Positions 57,463-64,000 of a stretch of DNA of 64,000 nt are shown one piece after another (position 1 is the stretch's first letter; each line of letters starts with the position of its first letter). The notes under the pieces were generated by a model. That model made no database searches. It had not been told where the DNA came from and worked only from the letters and a program-made list of their open reading frames with translations. The position numbers were made by a program, and so were the translations under genes. Location of the stretch: assembly GCF_009914755.1 (NCBI RefSeq), contig NC_060935.1. One strand, written 5' to 3'. This DNA is from the human T2T-CHM13v2.0 reference genome, Homo sapiens.

Positions 57463-58583
57463 CCTGTTCTTTTCCAGACTGGTTCCTTCGCACCAGACAC
57501 ATGGTCAGAGGGGATTATTCATGTTATTCCTGGGATCCTAGCTCTGATGTGGAATGCAATGTAGTCTGGTGGGTGATAAACGTCCCTACTTCCACATAGA
57601 CGGACTGGGTTTGGAAAAGTGCTTGTGAATTTGTTTCCCAGGAACTGATGATAGTCTTTGGACTTCTCCAAAGGTCTGTGTCGAATGGAATATAAGCCCC
57701 CTCTCTGTGTGGGATGAGGTGGGAGTGGGGATTTATTCCTCCCCAACATGTTTTCATCTGGGCTATGATGCCATTCTCATTTTATAGACAAGGCCACTGT
57801 GGTTGAGTGACTTACCCAGAATCTAAGAGGCACGTTCTCTTCAACTAATATTTAGCAAAGAATTAAAGCAGGTTTTCTACCAATTGATGGAAATCTCTCC
57901 TCCTTTTGTTCCTTGCCCCTTTTGCTATTTGTTCACTATGAAGACCTGGCTTCAAGGATCTTGTGGGGAAGTGAGTAGGGCTTTGGTCTTGGACTGGGAA
58001 AAACTCCACTCAGATACACTCTCTGTCAGTCAAGCTCTCAGGCTTTTCCTTATCCAGCGATGACTTACCTCTTACCTCTGCCTGGAGCTGGCCTCTGAGT
58101 AGGGTTTCTGATCTTGGCTTAGCAGACTGATTGCCTCCTGCTTGTGCCTCAGGGCCCTAAGCTTTTAGAAGCATGCCTCACTCCCAGCCTAAGAGCTTGT
58201 CTTTGACTCCTGATTGGCCCTTTTTCCTGATGTGTGGGTTGGTGTTCTCGACCCCACAGGGCGCTGAACTCCAGTTAGAACTGCCACCCATGGCAACTCC
58301 ACAGGGTGAGCCCGCCCTTTGGACCTGACACTATGTGCCTGATCACTCTTTCACAGACGTCTCCCTTCCTTCCCACTCCACCCGAGTCAAGGCTCCTGAC
58401 CAACTAGGAGACAGAGGCCCTTTCTCCTTGACACGTCCTGCCTAAAGTGTCAGCTTCCATCCCTGCCTGGTGTTCCCCACACCAAAATATGAAACCAATC
58501 TTTCTTCTCATACACAGTGACACAGTAGCTACTTCGTGTTCCCTCTTCATTCAGTTGTCTGTGCAATCAGTCTGTATGTATGT

Positions 58584-58622
58584 ATTCATTCATTCATTCA
58601 TTCATTCATTCATTCATTCATT
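58584..58622. repeat. (ATTC)n microsatellite
   Basis: Perfect attc run; followed by an antisense MIR-like fragment (~58640-58830). Confidence 0.9.
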
Positions 58623-59474
58623 CTGCTATGTATTCAGCAACCTCTAGGTGCCACAGCTTGCAAATATCATCTGAATTCATTCTCACAGATCTCTAGCAGA
58701 TCTCTAGTGTTCACTGTTACTGCCATTTTACACATGAGGAAACCGGGTCAAAGAGTAACTAAGCGGCTTGATGAGGGCCACACAGCTGGCAAATGTCGGA
58801 GCCAGAGTTTGAAGCAGAACGTATGGCATTCGCACTGGAATTCTCAAACCCCAGCACAAGGCACCTATTCACAGACAGTTTGAAGTTGTTCATATGCAGA
58901 ATCGGAAGATTCTGAGCAGATTCCATCCCTCCTCCCCATAAGCCACACTTCCATTAGCTCTGCTCAGGACAGGTGGGCCCCTGTGTGTTGGAAATTGAGA
59001 TGGAGAGAGGTGAGGAGAGAACACCCTGAGGGAGAAGTGTGTGGGGGTGGTGCAGGCAAGACCAATTCACCCTGAGGTGATTTGCATCTTTAGCAGGAGT
59101 ACATGTCATGCTGTCACAGCCTTTTCCTGTATTGACATAATAACAATCCTTTACTTTTGTTAGCACTTTGTAGCTTTCAAAGCAGTTTCAAATCCATTAG
59201 CTCATTTTATTCCTACAACAATCTCACAAAAGGCAGAAATTATTATCCTTATTTTGCAGATGAACAAGCTCTGTGAGGCTATATAACTTCTCCAGAGTCA
59301 GGAAGCCTGGATGCAGGCCTAGATACCTGACTCCTGGTCTTATGGATTATGTACCTTGCCTCACTTTTCTCATTGTTACTTTCTGATTTTGAGCCATTTA
59401 GGGGGAAAGGATGGCTTCCTAGACTCTCAGAAACCCCTCACTCTTGGGTTCCAGGCCACCTAGACTACATAAAG

Positions 59475-59657
59475 CAGTGGTTCTCAAATTTTATTTGACA
59501 CCAGGATCACTTGGAAGGCCATCACATAGATTACTGGGCCCCACTACCAGAGCTACTGATTCAGGAGGTCTGGGAGGGGCCCAAGAATCTGAATTTCCAA
59601 TAAGTTCCCAGGTCAGGTTGATGCTGCTGGTGTGGTCTCACACTTTGAGGACCACAG
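59475..59657. mobile_element. MER5A MITE
   Basis: cagtggttctcaaa ... tttgaggaccacag terminal inverted repeats; typical MER5A interior. Confidence 0.85.
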
Positions 59658-60332
59658 ATATAAGGCAATGCCTATGAGTCTTTAGCTGAATTTCTCTAAT
59701 CAGGGCTCTTCTTCTGGGCTGCAGAAACCTCAGATACAGAAAGAATTGCCCTTGTGGGTCTCTCCCTGGGGTGAGAAATTTGTGTATGTCTTGCTTCACT
59801 GACTGTGGTGTGACCCAGAGAATGGGAAGAAAACCTCAGGCTTTTTGGTTTATACACACACACGAAAGGAAAATGTCCACACATGAGATTATTAATTCAT
59901 TGTTCAATTAAGTTATGATCTCTAAAATTATCACAATATTTGGCTCGGAGGAAGGCAGCACTGAATAGCTTGTTACACGTAATGTGTGAATAATGTAACT
60001 TTATTACTTTTCCCACTCGTAAGTAATTGTGACTGACACATTGGCAATAACACAGATTGCCTTCTTACCTTCCCCTCTCTCTACTCTCAGCACGGAGTGT
60101 TTACTTTCTTGTCTCTATTATTTTCTTGCTCATCCTCCTCCCTGCCACAAGCCTCCTTCCCTGTGCAGCTGCTTTTCTGTCCTGCCCAAGAGCAGCCCTG
60201 GGGAGGGGGCAATTGAGTGAGGGACTGCGAATGCCAGAAAACATGGGTGAGAAGCATGTCCGCACCTCCCACCCAACCTGGTGGGAATCCTGTAAAGCCT
60301 GCCTGAACTCTTGTTCATATCGTTGCTGCATA

Positions 60333-60592
60333 CTGGGCATTGGGAGATAAAAATTGATGAGGAGACATTAGTATACTTGTTACAGCAGTGGCTAATATGC
60401 AGTGGAGGAGGCTTGTGGGGAGAGAGAGAGAGAGAGAGAAAAGAAGAAGAAAAAGAAAGGAAAGGAAAGGAAAGGAAGGAAAGGAAGGAGGGAAGGAAGG
60501 AAGGAAGGAAGGAAGGAAGGAAGGAAGGAAAGGAAGGAAAGGAAGGAACGGTAGCGGCTATCCAAGGTGCGGACAACAGCCCTTATAGCCCT
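60333..60592 (+). repeat. Inverted repeat B, left arm (contains GA/GAAAG/GGAA microsatellite)
   Basis: Reverse complement of 60852-61142; non-microsatellite parts identical. Confidence 0.98.
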
Positions 60593-60851
60593 TATGCAGC
60601 TCAGATGCCCACTCCATGACAGGTATGCGACCTGGGCATGCATTCTCTGCAGGGAGACAATTACTGTTGCTGTGTGTGACAGGGTTGATACATCCTGCTG
60701 AAGGTAGGCATCTCTGTGTTTCCTTATTTTGTAATCCTTTCAAGCCTTCTGAATCCAGCCTCTGTCTCCAGCTGTCCAGTTCTGGACAAGCCTGCTACTC
60801 AGTGGAACCCCTCGTTTCTACCCCCAGGTGGTCTAGGCACTGAGGCTACAG

Positions 60852-61142
60852 AGGGCTATAAGGGCTGTTGTCCGCACCTTGGATAGCCGCTACCGTTCCT
60901 TCCTTCCTTCCTTCCTTCCTTCCTTCCTTCCTTCCTTCCTTCCTTCCTTCCTTCCTTCCTTCCTTCCTTCCTTCCTTCCCTCCTTCCTTTCCTTCCTTTC
61001 CTTTCCTTTCCTTTCCTTTCTTTTTCTTCTTCTTTTCTCTCTCTCTCTCTCTCTCCCCACAAGCCTCCTCCACTGCATATTAGCCACTGCTGTAACAAGT
61101 ATACTAATGTCTCCTCATCAATTTTTATCTCCCAATGCCCAG
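60852..61142 (-). repeat. Inverted repeat B, right arm (contains (GGAA)21 on the - strand)
   Basis: Reverse complement of 60333-60592; (TTCC)21 at 60896-60979. Confidence 0.98.
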
Positions 61143-61179
61143 GCACTTGGAGTCTAAACTTAAAAAAAAAAAAAAAAAA

Positions 61180-61462
61180 GACCAGGCGCGGTAGCTCATG
61201 CCTGTAATCCCAGCACTTTGGCAGGCCGAGGTGGGCAGATCACTTGAGGTCAGGATTTTGAGACCAGTCTGGCCAATATGGTGAAACCCCTTCTTTACTA
61301 AAAATACAAAAATTAGCCTGGTGTGGTGGTGCACGCCTGTAGTCCCAGCTATTCGGGAGGCTGAGGCAGGAGAATCACTTGAACCTGGGAGGCAGAGGTT
61401 GCTCTATCACCACTGCACTTCAGCCTGGGCAATAGAGTGAGACCCTGTCTAAAAAAAATAAA
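61180..61462 (+). mobile_element. AluS
   Basis: Alu consensus; TSD taaacttaaaaaa on both sides, left copy with an expanded A-run. Confidence 0.93.
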
Positions 61463-61507
61463 TAAACTTAAAAAATCATTCTCTATTAAAATCCAGTCTA
61501 AGCACTG

Positions 61508-62125
61508 CCATGATTTGGGTATGGTATGTTTGGCCATGCCGAGTCCCAAGTCTCGTGTTAAAATCTGATTTCCCAATACACACCGGGGCCTGTTGTGGGG
61601 TGGGGGTGAGGGGAGGGAATGTAGAGGATGGGTCAATAAGTGCAGCAAACCACCATGGCACACGTATCCCTATGGAACAAACCTGCAAGTCTGCACACCT
61701 ATCTCATTTTTAGAAGAAATAAAGAGAAACAAACAAACAAAAAAATTGATTCCTAGTGTTAGAGGTGGGGGCTGGTGGGAGGTGTTTGGGTTGTGGGGGT
61801 GGATCTGTCATGAATGGCTTGGTGTCATTCTCATGCTCCTGGGAGTGAGTGAGTTCTCATTCTTCATTCCCACAAGAATTGGTTGTTGAAAAGAGCCTGG
61901 CACCTCCCCCTCGCCTTGCTTCCTCTCTTGCTCTGTGATCTGCACATCCCAGCTCCATTTCCCCTTCTGCCATGAGCGGAAGATTCCTGAAGCCCTCACC
62001 AAAAGAAAATGCTGGCACAATGCTTCTTGCACACCCTACATAACCATGAGCCAATTAGATCTCTTTTCTTTACAAATTACCCAGCCTCCAGTATTCCTTT
62101 ACAGCAATGAAAAGGGTCTAAGAAA
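61508..62125 (+). mobile_element. MSTB-like MaLR solo LTR interrupted by an L1
   Basis: ggtggggg.tggtgggaggtgtttggg; ggttgttgaaaagagcctggcacctcc; aattacccagcctc. Confidence 0.85.
61577..61745 (+). mobile_element. L1PA8-like 3' end (severely 5'-truncated)
   Basis: cacaccggggcctgttgtgggg; gaggatgggtcaataagtgcagcaaaccaccatggcacacgt; A-rich tail; TSD-like aaaatctgatt / aaaattgatt. Confidence 0.88.
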
Positions 62126-62624
62126 AACACTGTCTTGTCTTCCTTTTCCATCATCCATCAGTGTATGTTTTTGTACCAGCAAGTATGTTTATTTAGGCAG
62201 AACCACAGGTACTGGCAACGTATCTACAGTGTAGACATGAAAAGAACAGGAAGAGCATAAGTAACAGAGATTTTGTTCACATGGTTTAGTCATGTTCCCA
62301 CTGCAATGTCCCTCTTCATACAGTATTTCTTACCTCCTTCCACCTCTTCAGAAAGTACAGCGTAGTCCACATGAATGAGACCTGAGTGCACTGGGGCATC
62401 CTTCCCTCCTGCTCTGGGGGTCAGGTGTGGTAATCTGGCTTAGCTTCCTCCAAAGCTCCAGTTGGAAGGGAACACGTTCTCTTTTTCTGGGGTGATCCAG
62501 TGTCGAAGGCCAATTTACATGCAGACTGGGTGTGTTGTCTGTATTGCTCTGTTCACTGGTACCGAAGGCTCTGAGTAAGGTGGAATCAGACCCTACTCTA
62601 CTTTCCCTGAACAGTGAGAGCAGC

Positions 62625-62815
62625 AAGAGCTAACAGCTGAGCATCTACTTTGTGCCGGACCCTATGACATGCACTTTCCATGCATTCATGCAGTCTTCAC
62701 AATAATTGAATGTGGAAGGTGCCATTGTTCCCTGTATTGTACCGCTGGCCAGTGAGAGCCAGGAGCCTGTGCTCATCACAATACCATAGTTTTCAGCCCC
62801 CCAGGCTAACATCTA
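62625..62815 (-). mobile_element. MIR SINE fragment
   Basis: agctaacagctgagcatctactttgtgcc...tcttcacaataa. Confidence 0.5.
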
Positions 62816-64000
62816 TCCTCTCTCGTGGTGCCTGGGACCCTTCTGGACCTGATCAAGGTGTAGCAGCTAATGGACTCGGAACAAGTCTCTGTAGATTTGA
62901 GTGGAGGCGCCACTTGGGCTGGAGAGGCTTGCGGGGAGCTTTGCAGGGGAAATGAAGCTTGACTCTTGGGTCCTCAGGGTTTAAGGTTTGCCTTTTTTCT
63001 CAAAAAAGACTTAAAGGGAACCAGGTCCCTTGTACCTGCTGTGTGCACCTGGCAAAGAGTGCATCGGGTGGAATGCAGTCCTCTCTCACCAAGCTCTTGC
63101 ACTCCATTGCCCCCTAGCCTAGAATACTTGCTCCCTGCTCAGTAAAGAATCAAATTCCTGCAAATATCCATCCTCGGTCCTAGGCTACAGGTCTGCGCCC
63201 TCTCGGAGGCCCTTGCTGGTGCTCTTTCCACTAAGCCTCACTGCCTCTCCTGTCTTCAAGGGGACTGATTGCACTAGGGAAGTGTGGAGGGAGGGTATAT
63301 GCACCCAGGGAAGAAAGCAGCACAGCACTTCTCACAGCTCTGGTCTACAGTTGCTCCACTCAGCAAGTGGGGACAGTTCCAGCTTCTGGGCTCTTCTTGC
63401 CCCTAAACTTCTCCTCGATCAGGAGTAATATAGTCTGAGAATGAGCACAAAGAACACTTTTTCTTTTAAGGATTGACCTTTTGCTCAATGAGCAGGATTG
63501 AACCTTGAACCCAACAAAAGGGTCTGCAGTGAGGCAGGGCTGGACAGCTCCACCTCTAGGCAGGCACAGCAAGTGTGGGCATTGCTTACTGCAGAGAGGC
63601 TTCCCTTCTAAATCCACTCATGGGGGGTGCCAGGTGCTTCCCTCCAAGGCAGAAGGTAACCCCTCCCAGTCCAGAGCAAATCACGGTCTCCATGTTTTTC
63701 CTCCCTGGTCCCACATAGGTGAGTGATATATACAGAGGTTAGACCTCAGGGTTATGTTATGGATTGGAGGGAGCAGAGAAGCTTCCTCATTAAAAGGGCT
63801 GTGCTGGTTGGCTGGCTCCAAGGCCCTCAGCACCTCTGGGCTTCTGAGCCATGGGAGAGTTGGACAGAAGGCTGAACAGTGGCTGATGGCCTGGAGGAGG
63901 AGATAGGGAGGGAGGAGAAGGCTGGATGCTGGGTTCCCATTGTACACCCCCAGCAACGAGCCCCCCTGCCAGCCCAGAGTAACCAGAGATCTTGGGCCAC

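Noticed and set aside
60145-60157. 13-bp match (ccacaagcctcct) to the arms of inverted repeat B, a possible third copy
   Set aside because: The similarity does not extend on either side.
60130-61157. Charged low-complexity ORFs (KEGR / SFLP repeats)
   Set aside because: They are translations of the GGAA/TTCC microsatellites.

Overview
Primate, very probably human, non-coding genomic DNA that looks like a large intron or an intergenic region. I could not identify the locus from the sequence. I found no credible protein-coding exon, structural RNA gene, CpG island or CRISPR array; the listed ORFs are short chance frames or come from Alus and microsatellites. The window holds 12 Alus, many MIR and L2 fragments, three L3/CR1 fossils, L1 3' ends, MaLR/ERVL/ERV1 solo LTRs and hAT-Charlie MITEs, separated by repeat-free blocks rich in TAAT and SOX motifs that may be enhancers. 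Three local rearrangement scars stand out. (1) An inverted duplication at 60333-61142 whose unique parts are identical; both arms carry a compound GGAA microsatellite and an RE1-like motif around a 259-bp spacer. (2) An older inverted duplication of about 240 bp (19845-20095 / 21739-21995) with a 97/101 identical core, next to a serial-slippage duplication. (3) A 132-bp insertion in an MST LTR (45666-45797) assembled from four nearby templates in both orientations. These suggest template switching, gene conversion and possible recurrent micro-inversions, not a new gene system. Repeat subfamily names and many boundaries were assigned by eye and are approximate.
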